Notes: generated by a model from the sequence alone, not told the origin. Positions 1 through 8,860 are shown, counted from the stretch's first letter. The stretch is DNA of 32,000 nucleotides from Microcystis aeruginosa NIES-843 (GCF_000010625.1 NC_010296.1:4020001-4052000), one strand, 5' to 3'. Numbers and translations are program-made.

Positions 1-112
1 TTTAGGAAGTCAATTACCTAATTTTCAGGGAAAAAGTCCCCCCAATTTTCCCCCCGCTCACTCCCAGGCCCGGCACTGTTTGATCTCAAAAAGGCCTAAA
101 GATATTATCCAA
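1..112 (+). mobile_element. Partial copy of the ~210-bp MITE family (left end cut by window edge, right TIR missing)
   Basis: Aligns with the internal part of the copies at 15920-16131, 24910-25116 and 27257-27470 (caattacctaattttcagggaaaaagt...ttttcccccc...cactcc...). Similarity ends near 112, where a heptamer array begins. Confidence 0.7.
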
Positions 113-117
113 TTACC

Positions 118-190
118 GATGACTGATGACTGATTACTGATCACTGATTACTGATTACTGATTACTGATTACTGATTACTGATTACTGAT
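118..190. repeat. Tandem heptanucleotide array GATNACT, ~10 copies (STRR-like; reverse complement carries the CAGT core)
   Basis: Direct reading: gatgact gatgact gattact gatcact then gattact x6. Confidence 0.9.
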
Positions 191-287
191 TGTGGTTGTT
201 AATTTTTACCTTAAATGTCGGTTTGAAGGAACCCTCGGTTTCACTGACGAGATGAAAAACCGACCAGCATAAAACAGCGAAGCACAG

Positions 288-644
288 CTAATATTCATGG
301 GAGTCTTGATTCTCGACATATTTCTTAAGTTGGTCTATTGTGACACCGCCACAACTAGCCACAAAATATACCCCTGTCCACAAAATTCTCTTATCTTGAC
401 CATATATCTCTTTCAAGTGGTCTGAAAAGTTATCCCACATCAGCTGGCAAGAAGTTGATTTTAAGTTAGCGATTAGACTACTTAACAGCTTATGGGGTGG
501 GTAAGTTAAAAGAATGTGAACATGGTCTGATTCTCCGTTAATCTCTATTACCTTCGCCTCCCATTTCTCAGCTATGTTTTGAAAAACTATTCTCAAAAAC
601 TCTAAATGCTTTTTCTGGAATACTTTCCGATGATATTTTGTCAC
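288..644 (-). CDS. tnpA: IS200/IS605 Y1 (HUH) transposase TnpA; annotated GTG start probably not the ancestral start
   Basis: HUH motif in SDHVHILL and catalytic-Tyr context QLKKYVENQ. The frame stays open upstream to 734 and encodes ...KTNYFKTCRATFNLTVHIVLV-TKYHRKVF. So the conserved first strand (HIVLVTKY) lies upstream of any ATG/GTG/TTG codon. An ATA codon at 705-707 sits where an ATG would be expected. Confidence 0.75.
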   Translation of the reverse strand: MTKYHRKVFQKKHLEFLRIVFQNIAEKWEAKVIEINGESDHVHILLTYPPHKLLSSLIANLKSTSCQLMWDNFSDHLKEIYGQDKRILWTGVYFVASCGGVTIDQLKKYVENQDSHEY

Positions 645-761
645 AAGAACTATATGTACGGTGAGATTAAAAGTGGCTCTACAAGTCTTAAAATAATTAG
701 TTTTTATGCTCTTGAAATTTTGTACTACGAATTGCTATAATCATGGTATAACACATTGAGA

Positions 762-852
762 TGAACGTAGGTTGGGTTGAAGCATGAAACCCAACGCCTG
801 CTCATGTTACGCTACCGCTAACCCATCCTACAAATAATTGTGCCTCCCTACT
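762..852. repeat. 91-bp small repeat inserted in the tnpA-tnpB spacer, bracketed by 13-bp direct repeats
   Basis: TAACACATTGAGA occurs at 749-761 and again at 853-865. The insert carries imperfect inverted termini gtaggttgggtt / aacccatcctac and an internal hairpin gttgggtt-gaagcatga-aacccaac. Its right 51 bp (804-854) recurs at 22466-22516 with 1 mismatch. Confidence 0.5.
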
Positions 853-875
853 TAACACATTGAGAGGTCGAATCG

Positions 876-2057
876 ATGCGAGTCATAGAGTTTAAGTTAA
901 AAGTCAATCCTTCCCAAAAGATAGCCATTCAAGAGGCTATCAGGGTGGGACAGTTTATTCGGAACAAATGTCTAAGATTTTGGATGGACTCTACTAAAGA
1001 AGATCAGGTTAACTATGCTACTTTGTGTAGGCTAACTACCGAATTATCTAATATTCCTGAATTTTCTTTTGTTGGTAAACTCAACTCTATGGCTCGTCAA
1101 GCAAGTGCCGAAAGAGCTTGGTTTTCTATATCCCGTTTCTACGACAATTGTCAAAGGGGTTTGGCAAAAAAAGGCTATCCTAAATTCAAAAAATTTTCAA
1201 GGTCTGTCGAGTACAAAACTTCTGGTTGGAAACTAACAGAAGACAAAAAGTTTATCCACATCACGGATAAAACAGGGATAGGAAAATTAAACCTAATCGG
1301 TACTTTTAACCGTGAGATTCTCGATAAATCCACTATCAAAAGAATCAGGCTTATTAAACGAGCCGATGGCTTTTATTGTCAATTTGTCTTAGACATTGAG
1401 AGAGTAGAAACCTTTGACTCTACAGGAAAAGAAGTAGGGATTGATTTAGGTTTAAACCATTTCTTAACTGACTCTAATGGGGATAAAATTGATAACCCAC
1501 GGTTTCTTCGTAAGTCGGAAAAAAGACTAAAAAAGGCTCAACGTAAACTCTCAAAGAAGAAAAAGGGAAGCCAAAAAAGATTAAAACAGAAATCTAAAGT
1601 AGCTCGCCTTCATCTAAAAGTTTCTAGACAGCGTAAAGATTTTGCCGTTAAGACAGCAAAAGCGTTAATCCAATCTAACGATTTGGTAGTCTATGAGGAC
1701 TTGAAGGTATCTAATATGGTGAAAAATCCTAAGCTTGCTAAATCTATTCAAGATGCGAGTTGGTCAATGTTCACCGATTGGTTAGACTACTTTGGGAAAA
1801 TACACGGGAAGTTTGTGGTAGCGGTGAACCCACAATATACTAGCCAACAATGTTCTAGTTGTGGTAATATTGTCAAGAAAACATTATCTGTAAGAACTCA
1901 TGTTTGTTCTTGTGGGTGTGTCTTGGATAGAGACGAAAACGCCGCTATAAACATTCTCGCACGGGCAAATACTGTCGGGCGGACAGAAATTCAAGCCCTC
2001 GGACAGACTACCCACTGTCTATTAGGTGAAAGCTTAGTAGATAAGGTAACTGGATGA
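876..2057 (+). CDS. tnpB: TnpB (IS605 OrfB-type RNA-guided RuvC nuclease), apparently intact
   Basis: 393 aa. Split RuvC residues lie in GIDLGLNH, VVYEDLKV and DRDENAAINI. Zinc-finger motifs are CSSCG and CSCGC. N-terminus MRVIEFKLKVNPSQ...IRNKCLRFWMD is typical of TnpB. Confidence 0.9.
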   Translation: MRVIEFKLKVNPSQKIAIQEAIRVGQFIRNKCLRFWMDSTKEDQVNYATLCRLTTELSNIPEFSFVGKLNSMARQASAERAWFSISRFYDNCQRGLAKKGYPKFKKFSRSVEYKTSGWKLTEDKKFIHITDKTGIGKLNLIGTFNREILDKSTIKRIRLIKRADGFYCQFVLDIERVETFDSTGKEVGIDLGLNHFLTDSNGDKIDNPRFLRKSEKRLKKAQRKLSKKKKGSQKRLKQKSKVARLHLKVSRQRKDFAVKTAKALIQSNDLVVYEDLKVSNMVKNPKLAKSIQDASWSMFTDWLDYFGKIHGKFVVAVNPQYTSQQCSSCGNIVKKTLSVRTHVCSCGCVLDRDENAAINILARANTVGRTEIQALGQTTHCLLGESLVDKVTG

Positions 2058-2097
2058 ACAGGGAATCCCGAAGCGCTTAGTGCGATGGGAGCGTCAA
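1950..2097 (+). ncRNA. Putative TnpB omega-RNA (right-end RNA) scaffold overlapping the tnpB 3' end
   Basis: This is positional inference only. In characterised TnpB elements the guide RNA scaffold covers the tnpB 3' end through the right end. GC-rich pairing segments are visible (gggaatcccgaagcgcttagtgcgatgggagcgtcaa). Boundaries were not determined. Confidence 0.3.
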
Positions 2098-2163
2098 TTT
2101 AGGTATCCCGTCGAGTATTTTCGCTAGACTGGAAAATAATGCACCTCGGCTAGACAAAATCCT

Positions 2164-3693
2164 ATGGTAAAGCTGCTCGAAAATCCTCTCCGAGTGGGAT
2201 TGCGACAAGAAAGAACCCCAGAACCCCTAATTTTAGTCATTTTTGGGGCATCGGGAGACTTAACCCAAAGAAAACTGGTTCCTGCTCTCTATCAACTGAA
2301 ACGGGAAAGACGACTACCGGCCGAATTAACCATCGTCGGTACAGCGCGCCGAGAGTGGAGTCATGATTATTTTCGCCAACAGATGCGCCAAGGCATCGAA
2401 GAATTTTCCGACGGGATTGGCAGTGAGGAATATTGGCAAGACTTCGCCCAAGGGTTGTACTATTTCCCCGGCAACATGGACGATCCGGAAAGTTACGCCA
2501 AAATGAAAGTCTTTCTGGAAGAATTAGACGGAATCCGGGGAACCCGCGGCAATCGAGTCTTTTATCTAGCGGTTTCTCCTAATTTCTTCCCCCCCGGTCT
2601 TAAAAACCTCGGCGCGGCGGGAATGCTGAAAGACCCAATTAAACACCGCTTAGTGATCGAAAAACCCTTTGGCAAAGACCTCAGTTCTGCCCAAGTTCTC
2701 AATCGAGTCGTACAAGAGGTTTGTCAGGAGAACCAAGTTTATCGCATTGACCACTATTTAGGCAAGGAAACCGTCCAAAACTTATTGGTGTTCCGATTTG
2801 CTAACGCTATCTTTGAACCCCTCTGGAATCGTCAATTTATCGATCACGTCCAGATTACCGTGGCCGAAACCGTGGGAGTGGAGGAGCGGGCCGGATATTA
2901 CGAAAAATCGGGAGCTTTGCGCGATATGGTGCAAAATCACCTGATGCAGTTATTCTGCTTGACGGCGATGGAAGCACCCAACGCTATTAACGCCGATAGT
3001 GTCCGTGGCGAAAAAGTCAAAGTCCTGCAAGCGACTCACCTGGCCGATATTAATAACCTGGAAAAATCCGCCATCCGCGGCCAGTATAAAGCCGGTTGGA
3101 TGAAAGGAAAACCCATTCTGGGCTATCGGCAAGAACCGGGGGTTAATCCCGAATCGACCACCCCCACCTACGTGGCCATGAAATTAATGGTAGATAACTG
3201 GCGTTGGCAGGGTGTCCCCTTCTATCTGCGTACGGGTAAACGTCTGCCGAAAAAAGTTTCCGAGATTGCCATCCAATTCCGCAATGTGCCGTTATTAATC
3301 TTCCAATCGGCAGCCCAACAAACTAATGCAAATGTACTGAGTCTCCGGATTCAGCCTAACGAAGGTATTGCCCTCCGTTTTGAGGCGAAAATGCCGGGGT
3401 CAGAATTACGCACGCGCACGGTAGAAATGGACTTTAGTTATGGTTCCTCCTTCGGTGTTGCCAGCGCTGATGCCTATAATCGGCTACTTTTAGACGCTAT
3501 GCTAGGAGATCAAACCCTATTTACCCGTTCTGACGAGGTAGAAGAAGCATGGCGCATCGTTACTCCCGCTCTCGCCGCTTGGGACGCTCCCGCCGATCCC
3601 GCCTCCGTACCCCAATACGAAGCGGGTACCTGGGAACCCACAGAAGCAGAATTTCTCCTTAACCGCGATGGCCGTCGTTGGCGACGACTCTAA
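2164..3693 (+). CDS. zwf: Glucose-6-phosphate 1-dehydrogenase
   Basis: 509 aa. NADP-binding motif [11 protein letters not shown], plus EKPFG and the active-site RIDHYLGKE. Full length. Confidence 0.97.
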   Translation: MVKLLENPLRVGLRQERTPEPLILVIFGASGDLTQRKLVPALYQLKRERRLPAELTIVGTARREWSHDYFRQQMRQGIEEFSDGIGSEEYWQDFAQGLYYFPGNMDDPESYAKMKVFLEELDGIRGTRGNRVFYLAVSPNFFPPGLKNLGAAGMLKDPIKHRLVIEKPFGKDLSSAQVLNRVVQEVCQENQVYRIDHYLGKETVQNLLVFRFANAIFEPLWNRQFIDHVQITVAETVGVEERAGYYEKSGALRDMVQNHLMQLFCLTAMEAPNAINADSVRGEKVKVLQATHLADINNLEKSAIRGQYKAGWMKGKPILGYRQEPGVNPESTTPTYVAMKLMVDNWRWQGVPFYLRTGKRLPKKVSEIAIQFRNVPLLIFQSAAQQTNANVLSLRIQPNEGIALRFEAKMPGSELRTRTVEMDFSYGSSFGVASADAYNRLLLDAMLGDQTLFTRSDEVEEAWRIVTPALAAWDAPADPASVPQYEAGTWEPTEAEFLLNRDGRRWRRL

Positions 3694-3695
3694 AA

Positions 3696-3805
3696 CAGTG
3701 AACAGTGACCAGTAATCAGTGAGCAGTAAACTAAAAACTCACATCTGATAACTGATAACTGATAACTGATAACTGATAACTGATAACTGATAACTGATAA
3801 CTGAC
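3696..3805. repeat. Bipartite heptamer element filling the zwf-opcA spacer
   Basis: Five CAGTRAN units (3696-3730), then the core ctaaaaactcacatctg (3731-3747, its 3' ctg shared with the first heptamer unit), then eight CTGATAA units plus ctgac (3745-3805). The array ends directly at the opcA ATG. The two arms are imperfect reverse complements of each other. Confidence 0.9.
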
Positions 3806-5161
3806 ATGACTACCCAAAGCCCCCCCATTGTCTCCCTGCAAGCACCGAAAGATGTTTCCATCGATGTGATCGAGCAGGAACTGCGCGATATCTGGCAATC
3901 CTATAATGATAATGAGGATGGTATGGCCGCCACCCGGGCCACCACCTTTAGCTTTATTGTCTATGAACCCGATGCGGTACAGGAATTGTTAACCCTTCTC
4001 GGCTATTACACCGGCCCGATTGATGGTATTGCCGGTCCGCGGACTCACGCCGCCATCAAAGTCGCCCAGAAGGACCTAGAACTAGAAGTAACTGGGCTTT
4101 CTAGCGATGAATTTGTCGCTCGGTTAAGGGCGGCCTGGGAAGCGGAAAAAAACGCCGAGGATGGGGCTAATCATCGTCAATACGCCGCCGATTTGGATGC
4201 GATTGGGGTCGCAGATGCGATCGCTGCTTCCAATCCCTGTCGCATTATTACCCTCTGTCCCACCGCCGAGGCCGATGAAGGGGTAAAAGCCTCTGTTTCT
4301 GCCTATTGTCCCGTCAACAAACGTAGTCAGAACACTTTAGTTTGCTGTGAATACGTCACTTTAAGCGGCACAGCGGAAGCCTTGGAACGAATTGGCGGCA
4401 TTATTTCCGAGTTAACTATTCCCAGTTTGCCCAAATTTCTCTGGTGGAAAGCCAGTCCGGATGCGGAATATGGACTATTTAAGCGTCTGGCCAGTCAATG
4501 TGATACGATTATCGTCGATTCCAGCACTTTTCGGGAACCGGAAACGGAACTGCTGCAAGTGGGGGATTTATTAGCAACAGATGTACCATTAGCTGACCTG
4601 AACTGGAGTCGTCTCGCTCCTTGGCAAGAACTAACCGCCGAGGCTTTTGATCCACCGGAGCGCCGGGATGCTATTCTGGAAGTCGATCGCATCACTATTG
4701 ATTACGAAAAGGGCAATCCTTGCCAAGCTTTTATGTTCCTCGGTTGGATGGCCAGCCGGTTACAATGGCGACCGGTGGGATATAGTCACCGGTCGGGAGA
4801 TTACGCTATTCATCGGATTAGCTTCCTCGGTCAGGACCAGCGTTTAATTGAGGCGGAATTAGCCGGTGTTCCCGTGGCCGATTGGGGTGAGGTACAAGGG
4901 GATCTGATTAGTATTAAACTCAGTTCTACTAATCTTCAGGCCGATTGTTGTACGGTAATTTGTTCGGGAACTACTGGCTGTATGCGGATGGAAGCTTCGG
5001 GAGGGGCCCAATCTTGCCGCGTTGAACAAGTGTCCCATCTGGAAGACCAAAAAACAGAAACTCTGCTAGGTAAACAGTTACAGCGTTGGGGCCAGGACGT
5101 GCTTTATCAAGAAAGCATGAAAGTCACTAGCGCTATCCTCAAATTATCCCAACCGGATTAG
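3806..5161 (+). CDS. opcA: OpcA, glucose-6-phosphate dehydrogenase assembly/allosteric effector protein
   Basis: 451 aa directly downstream of zwf, matching the cyanobacterial zwf-opcA arrangement. The N-terminus MTTQSPPIVSLQAPKDVS...TRATTFSFIVYEP is OpcA-like. It contains a peptidoglycan-binding-like segment LGYYTGPIDGIAGPRTHAAIKVAQKDL. Confidence 0.85.
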   Translation: MTTQSPPIVSLQAPKDVSIDVIEQELRDIWQSYNDNEDGMAATRATTFSFIVYEPDAVQELLTLLGYYTGPIDGIAGPRTHAAIKVAQKDLELEVTGLSSDEFVARLRAAWEAEKNAEDGANHRQYAADLDAIGVADAIAASNPCRIITLCPTAEADEGVKASVSAYCPVNKRSQNTLVCCEYVTLSGTAEALERIGGIISELTIPSLPKFLWWKASPDAEYGLFKRLASQCDTIIVDSSTFREPETELLQVGDLLATDVPLADLNWSRLAPWQELTAEAFDPPERRDAILEVDRITIDYEKGNPCQAFMFLGWMASRLQWRPVGYSHRSGDYAIHRISFLGQDQRLIEAELAGVPVADWGEVQGDLISIKLSSTNLQADCCTVICSGTTGCMRMEASGGAQSCRVEQVSHLEDQKTETLLGKQLQRWGQDVLYQESMKVTSAILKLSQPD

Positions 5162-5190
5162 CAAATTAGCAACAATAATCCCACCCACTT

Positions 5191-5228
5191 TCGAGAGACC
5201 TTGTTAACAAGGTCTCTCGATATTTATC
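5191..5228 (+). terminator. Rho-independent terminator candidate after opcA
   Basis: Perfect 30-nt palindrome tcgagagaccttgtt/aacaaggtctctcga (5191-5220) followed by tatttat. Confidence 0.7.
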
Positions 5229-5420
5229 CGGCAGTCAGCACCTGATTAAAACCGATAATTATAAGTAGGTAGGCGTTAAAAATTATCAGACACCCCCCTT
5301 ATCAAGGGGGGCAGGGGGGATCGAACCTAAAATCCATTTTTAATTTAATTATAACCAGCTACTTACCTTTTCAGAAAACAGGTTATCATAAAAACAGAGC
5401 TTTGCTTTCAAGGGGGCAAT

Positions 5421-6005
5421 ATGGTCGCAACCACTGAGAAACGCTACACAGTCGCAGAATACTTTCAACTAGAGGAAACTGCCACCGACAGACACGAGTA
5501 TCGAGATGGAGAAATTATTATTATGACTGGGGGAACTCCTAACCATAATCGCATTGCGGGAAATTTTTATAGAAGATTTCCCTTAACTATCCAGAATCAA
5601 GCCTATGATATATTTATCACCGATCTACGCTTGGCAATACCCGCCTATAATATGTACACCTATCCCGATATTATGATCGTTAAGGGAGAACCAATTCTTG
5701 AAAGAGGACGCACCGATACGATTACCAATCCACAGGTGATTATCGAGGTTTTATCAAAATCTACTCAAGACTATAATCGGGGTGATAAGTTTAAATTTTA
5801 TCGCTCTCTTAATAGTTTTGAAGAATATATTTTAATCGATCAATATGGTTATTATATAGAACAGTTTCATAAAAGAGGCGATCATTGGGCATTTCGGGAT
5901 TATCACGCTCAAGAAGCGATTTTAACTTTGTTTTCTCTAGATTTTCAAATATCCCTGACAGATTTATATCAGCGGGTGGATTTTACCGCAATTGAAGTAT
6001 CCTAG
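5421..6005 (+). CDS. Uma2-family (DUF820) PD-(D/E)xK endonuclease-like protein
   Basis: 194 aa. Family-typical N-terminus ...YTVAEYFQLEE...HEYRDGEIIIMTGGTPNHNRIAGNF. Also YPDIMIV and IIEVLSKST (D...ExK), then EEYILID. Confidence 0.85.
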   Translation: MVATTEKRYTVAEYFQLEETATDRHEYRDGEIIIMTGGTPNHNRIAGNFYRRFPLTIQNQAYDIFITDLRLAIPAYNMYTYPDIMIVKGEPILERGRTDTITNPQVIIEVLSKSTQDYNRGDKFKFYRSLNSFEEYILIDQYGYYIEQFHKRGDHWAFRDYHAQEAILTLFSLDFQISLTDLYQRVDFTAIEVS

Positions 6006-6088
6006 TGGCTCAACTATTTAGGGTTTGCCGCAAAAGTCCTGGTATGATTAACTCCCAATCCAACTTTAAAAACCCACTCCCTAATTCA

Positions 6089-6120
6089 TAAAAAAAGGTG
6101 GGGCAACACCCACCTTGTTT
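6089..6120. terminator. Bidirectional terminator candidate between the Uma2 gene and pgk (convergent genes)
   Basis: Stem aaggtggg (6095-6102) pairs with cccacctt (6109-6116). It is preceded by an A-run and followed by gttt. Confidence 0.6.
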
Positions 6121-6142
6121 AAACCTGAGATATTAGCGATAA

Positions 6143-7351
6143 TTAGGCCTCATCGAGAGCGGCAATACCGGGTAAAACCTTCCCTTCGAGTAATTCCAAA
6201 CTAGCGCCACCACCGGTGGAAATATGGCTCATTTTTTCCGCCACTCCCACTTTTTCTACCGCCGCTACCGAGTCACCACCACCGATAATGGTAGTTGTAC
6301 CCGTAGCAGTTAAATCGGCTAAAGTGTGAGCGATCGCATCTGTACCCGCCGCAAATTTATCGAACTCGAACACCCCCATGGGGCCATTCCAGAGGACAGA
6401 TTTACAGTTAGATAAAGCTTCTTGGAAAACTTTAACTGATTCAGGTCCAATATCCAATCCCATCCAACCATCGGGAATATTTTCGACCTTGACGATTTGG
6501 GACTCGGCATCTTTATCGAATTTATCCGCTAACACCACATCGGTAGGAAGGAGGAATTCCACTCCTTTTTCTTTAGCTTTCGCTTCCAGGGATTTGGCTA
6601 ATTCCAGTTTGTCCTCTTCCACCAAAGACTTACCAACACTTAAACCGCGGGCCTTGTAGAAAGTAAAGATCATACCGCCACCGATGAGCAGTTTATCGCA
6701 CTTTTCCAATAAAGTTTCGATCACGCCAATTTTACTAGAAACCTTAGAACCGCCGATAATCGCCGCTAGGGGACGTTGGGGAGTTTCAATAGCTGCTTGT
6801 AGGTAGTTTAATTCTTTTTCAATCAAATAACCCGCCACCGAGGGGCTGAGATAGTGGGTAACGCCTTCCGTAGAAGCGTGGGCGCGGTGGGCGGTACCAA
6901 AAGCATCATTAACGTATAAATCGGCGTTAGCGGCTAATTTTTTGGCAAAATCGGGATCATTTGCCTCCTCTTCACCGTGGAAACGCAGATTTTCTAAAAG
7001 GGCCACTTGACCGTTAGACATTTGACTAATCGCTGCCGTCACTCCCTCACCAATACAATCGGGACACATGATTACTTCTTGGCCCAATAATTCCGAGAGA
7101 CGTTTAGCTACAGGGGTCAGACGCAAATTTTCTTTAACTTGACCGTCGGGGCGACCCATGTGGCTGCATAAAATAACCTTAGCCCCTTTTTTGATTAAAT
7201 CCTCAATCGTTGGTAGTGCCGCCCGAATGCGGGTATCATCGCTGATTGCCCCGGTGGCTTTGTCCATGGGAACGTTAAAATCGACCCGGACTAAGACCCG
7301 TTTGCCCGCTAAATCAGCTTCTGTTAAATTCGCTACTGTTTTTTTTGGCAC
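6143..7351 (-). CDS. pgk: Phosphoglycerate kinase (start moved to GTG at 7351)
   Basis: PGK motifs [16 protein letters not shown] and STGGGASLE. The ORF-track start at 7384 is a TTG that adds 11 atypical residues. The in-frame GTG at 7349-7351 lies 9 nt downstream of AGGAGG (complement of 7361-7366) and gives [18 protein letters not shown]..., a normal ~402-aa PGK. Confidence 0.95.
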   Translation of the reverse strand: MPKKTVANLTEADLAGKRVLVRVDFNVPMDKATGAISDDTRIRAALPTIEDLIKKGAKVILCSHMGRPDGQVKENLRLTPVAKRLSELLGQEVIMCPDCIGEGVTAAISQMSNGQVALLENLRFHGEEEANDPDFAKKLAANADLYVNDAFGTAHRAHASTEGVTHYLSPSVAGYLIEKELNYLQAAIETPQRPLAAIIGGSKVSSKIGVIETLLEKCDKLLIGGGMIFTFYKARGLSVGKSLVEEDKLELAKSLEAKAKEKGVEFLLPTDVVLADKFDKDAESQIVKVENIPDGWMGLDIGPESVKVFQEALSNCKSVLWNGPMGVFEFDKFAAGTDAIAHTLADLTATGTTTIIGGGDSVAAVEKVGVAEKMSHISTGGGASLELLEGKVLPGIAALDEA

Positions 7352-7514
7352 AGCCCATAACCTCCTAGATTGCTTACCGTACAATAAAGATTAAATCAGG
7401 GTATCGCTACTTGCGGCAATTACTTTGACAAAGATTATTTCAGATTTGGGGATCAGTTTTGCAGTTCTAAGACTGATTTGCCCAGAAAAATTTGATTGGA
7501 GAGACTTGCTAATT

Positions 7515-7925
7515 ATGTTTGAGACGATTTTATTTCCCATCGACCACAGCCGCGAAAGTCGTGACGCGACCAGTAGTGTGATCGAATTAGTCAAAATCTT
7601 TGACAGTCGTTTGATCCTGTTGTCGGTGGTGGAAACGACACCCACCGGAGAAATTGCCCCCGACGATAAGATGAGTTCGATCGAAGCGGTGGATCGATTG
7701 TTACAATCGGCGCGGGCGATTTTCGCCCAAGCTGGCATCAATGCGGAAATGATTGAAAGGGAGGGAATGCCTTCTTTTGTCATCTGTGATGTGGCCGATG
7801 AAATTAATGCCGACCTGATCGTTATGGGTTGTCGCGGTTTAGGATTAACCAGCGAAGGCGTGTCCGAAAGCGTCACCACTAAAGTTATTAACCTTGCCCC
7901 CTGTCCAGTGTTGATTATCCCTTAA
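7515..7925 (+). CDS. Universal stress protein (UspA family)
   Basis: MFETILFPIDHSRES...LIVMGCRGLG...SVTTKVINLAPCPVLII is a typical Usp fold signature. The ATG at 7515 is preferred over the ORF-track start at 7425, whose N-terminal 30 aa look non-coding. Confidence 0.85.
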   Translation: MFETILFPIDHSRESRDATSSVIELVKIFDSRLILLSVVETTPTGEIAPDDKMSSIEAVDRLLQSARAIFAQAGINAEMIEREGMPSFVICDVADEINADLIVMGCRGLGLTSEGVSESVTTKVINLAPCPVLIIP

Positions 7926-7926
7926 T

Positions 7927-7999
7927 CAGTGAGCAGTGAGCAGTGAGCAGTGAGCAGATGTGAGTTTTCAGTTCACTGTTTACTGTTTACTGCTCACTG
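7927..7999. repeat. Bipartite heptamer element after usp
   Basis: Four CAGTGAG units plus cag, then the core cagatgtgagttttcag (7955-7971, its 5' cag shared with the array), then the inverse arm cactgtttactgtttactgctcactg (7974-7999). This predicts a long imperfect hairpin. The core is the reverse complement of 3731-3747 with 1 mismatch. Confidence 0.9.
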
Positions 8000-8179
8000 A
8001 AAAAAAGCTCCCCACTCCCTTCTCCCGAGAGAAATGTAACGAATTGTGAGAGTTTCAGCCGTCAACCCTTGAAAACTCGATCGATGGGGTTGCTTGAAGT
8101 AATTCTTAGGCCTAAAGTGTAATCTTAAAGTTTTATGATCAATTTTCCTGTTGATCGGAAAAAGGAGAACTCAAACACA

Positions 8180-8662
8180 ATGGCTGAAACTGGATACAAA
8201 CAGGTGGTGACACCCTACAATGATGATCCGTTCATTGGTCATCTAGCTACCCCCATTTCCGCTTCTGGTTTTACCAAAGCTTTTATTGGTAACTTACCTG
8301 CCTATCGTCCCGGTCTAGCTCCGATTCTGCGCGGTCTAGAAGTGGGTATGGCCCACGGTTATTTCCTCGGTGGTCCCTGGGTTGTCCTGGGCCCCTTGAG
8401 AGACTCCGAATATGCCAATATCGGCGGCTTAATCCCCGCTTTAGCCATGGTTCTTTTGGCTACGGGTTGTTTAGCTAGTTATGGTCTTGTCTCTTTCCAA
8501 GGTAAGGCCGCTAGTAATGATCCGCTGAAATCGGCGGAGGGTTGGAGTCAATTCGCCGCCGGTTTCTTTATTGGTGGTATGGGTGGCGCTTTTGTGGCCT
8601 ATTTCCTCCTAGAAAATCTTGGTGTCGTTGATGGCATCATGCGCGGGGTTTTTAATCAATAA
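8180..8662 (+). CDS. psaL: Photosystem I reaction centre subunit XI
   Basis: [43 protein letters not shown]... is PsaL. The ATG at 8180 is preceded by aaggag (8162-8167). The ORF-track start at 8135 adds a non-conserved extension. Confidence 0.95.
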   Translation: MAETGYKQVVTPYNDDPFIGHLATPISASGFTKAFIGNLPAYRPGLAPILRGLEVGMAHGYFLGGPWVVLGPLRDSEYANIGGLIPALAMVLLATGCLASYGLVSFQGKAASNDPLKSAEGWSQFAAGFFIGGMGGAFVAYFLLENLGVVDGIMRGVFNQ

Positions 8663-8718
8663 TTAACCCTTTTTCTACCTGTTATCATTTCCTTATTTTT
8701 TTACTAGGAGCGTTTGAC

Positions 8719-8835
8719 ATGACTGGTGACTACGCAGCTTCTTATCTGCCTTGGATTTTAATCCCGATCGTCTGTTGGTTAATGCCAGCCGTGGTTATGG
8801 GTTTGTTATTTATCTATATCGAGAGTGAATCCTAA
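8719..8835 (+). CDS. psaI: Photosystem I subunit VIII (38 aa), not in the ORF track
   Basis: Manual translation gives [38 protein letters not shown]. There is an aggag 8 nt upstream. The psaL-psaI linkage is typical of cyanobacteria. Confidence 0.9.
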   Translation: MTGDYAASYLPWILIPIVCWLMPAVVMGLLFIYIESES

Positions 8836-8860
8836 TTTAGCTCTAGGATTCCTACAATTA

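Larger units (their letters stand above)
210..2097 (+). mobile_element. IS200/IS605-family insertion sequence with divergent tnpA and tnpB (IS605-like layout)
   Basis: TTAC (206-209) immediately precedes the left end cttaaatgtcgg. Subterminal hairpin gtcggttt...aaaccgac at about 217-265. tnpA lies on the minus strand and tnpB on the plus strand. The right end is inferred at tcaa (2094-2097), after a GC-rich hairpin region downstream of the tnpB stop. The same TTAC plus c-t-[t/a]-aaatgtcgg junction recurs at 16500-16516. The right boundary is an inference. Confidence 0.75.

Noticed and set aside
3745-3805. Could the heptamer arrays, or the 561-bp repeats, be CRISPR arrays?
   Set aside because: The units are contiguous 7-mers with no unique spacers. 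The 561-bp repeats are coding. No repeat-spacer architecture and no cas genes are present in the window.
3990-4110. Peptidoglycan-binding-like segment inside OpcA as a novel domain fusion
   Set aside because: From memory, cyanobacterial OpcA proteins generally carry this LGxYxGPIDGIxGP segment, so it is probably family-typical. It needs only a routine Pfam check.
5300-5335. tRNA-like string ggggggatcgaacc
   Set aside because: It only superficially resembles a T-arm complement. No acceptor or anticodon arms can be built around it. It is part of a C6/G6 hairpin repeat (cccccttatcaaggggg).
7352-7384. N-terminal 11-aa extension of pgk from the ORF track
   Set aside because: That start is a TTG without an SD. 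The GTG at 7351, which has an AGGAGG 9 nt upstream, gives the conserved PGK N-terminus.
7391-7879. 162-aa minus-strand ORF overlapping usp
   Set aside because: It is antisense to a well-supported UspA-family gene. The sequence is Ser/Ile-rich and low complexity with no recognisable motif.
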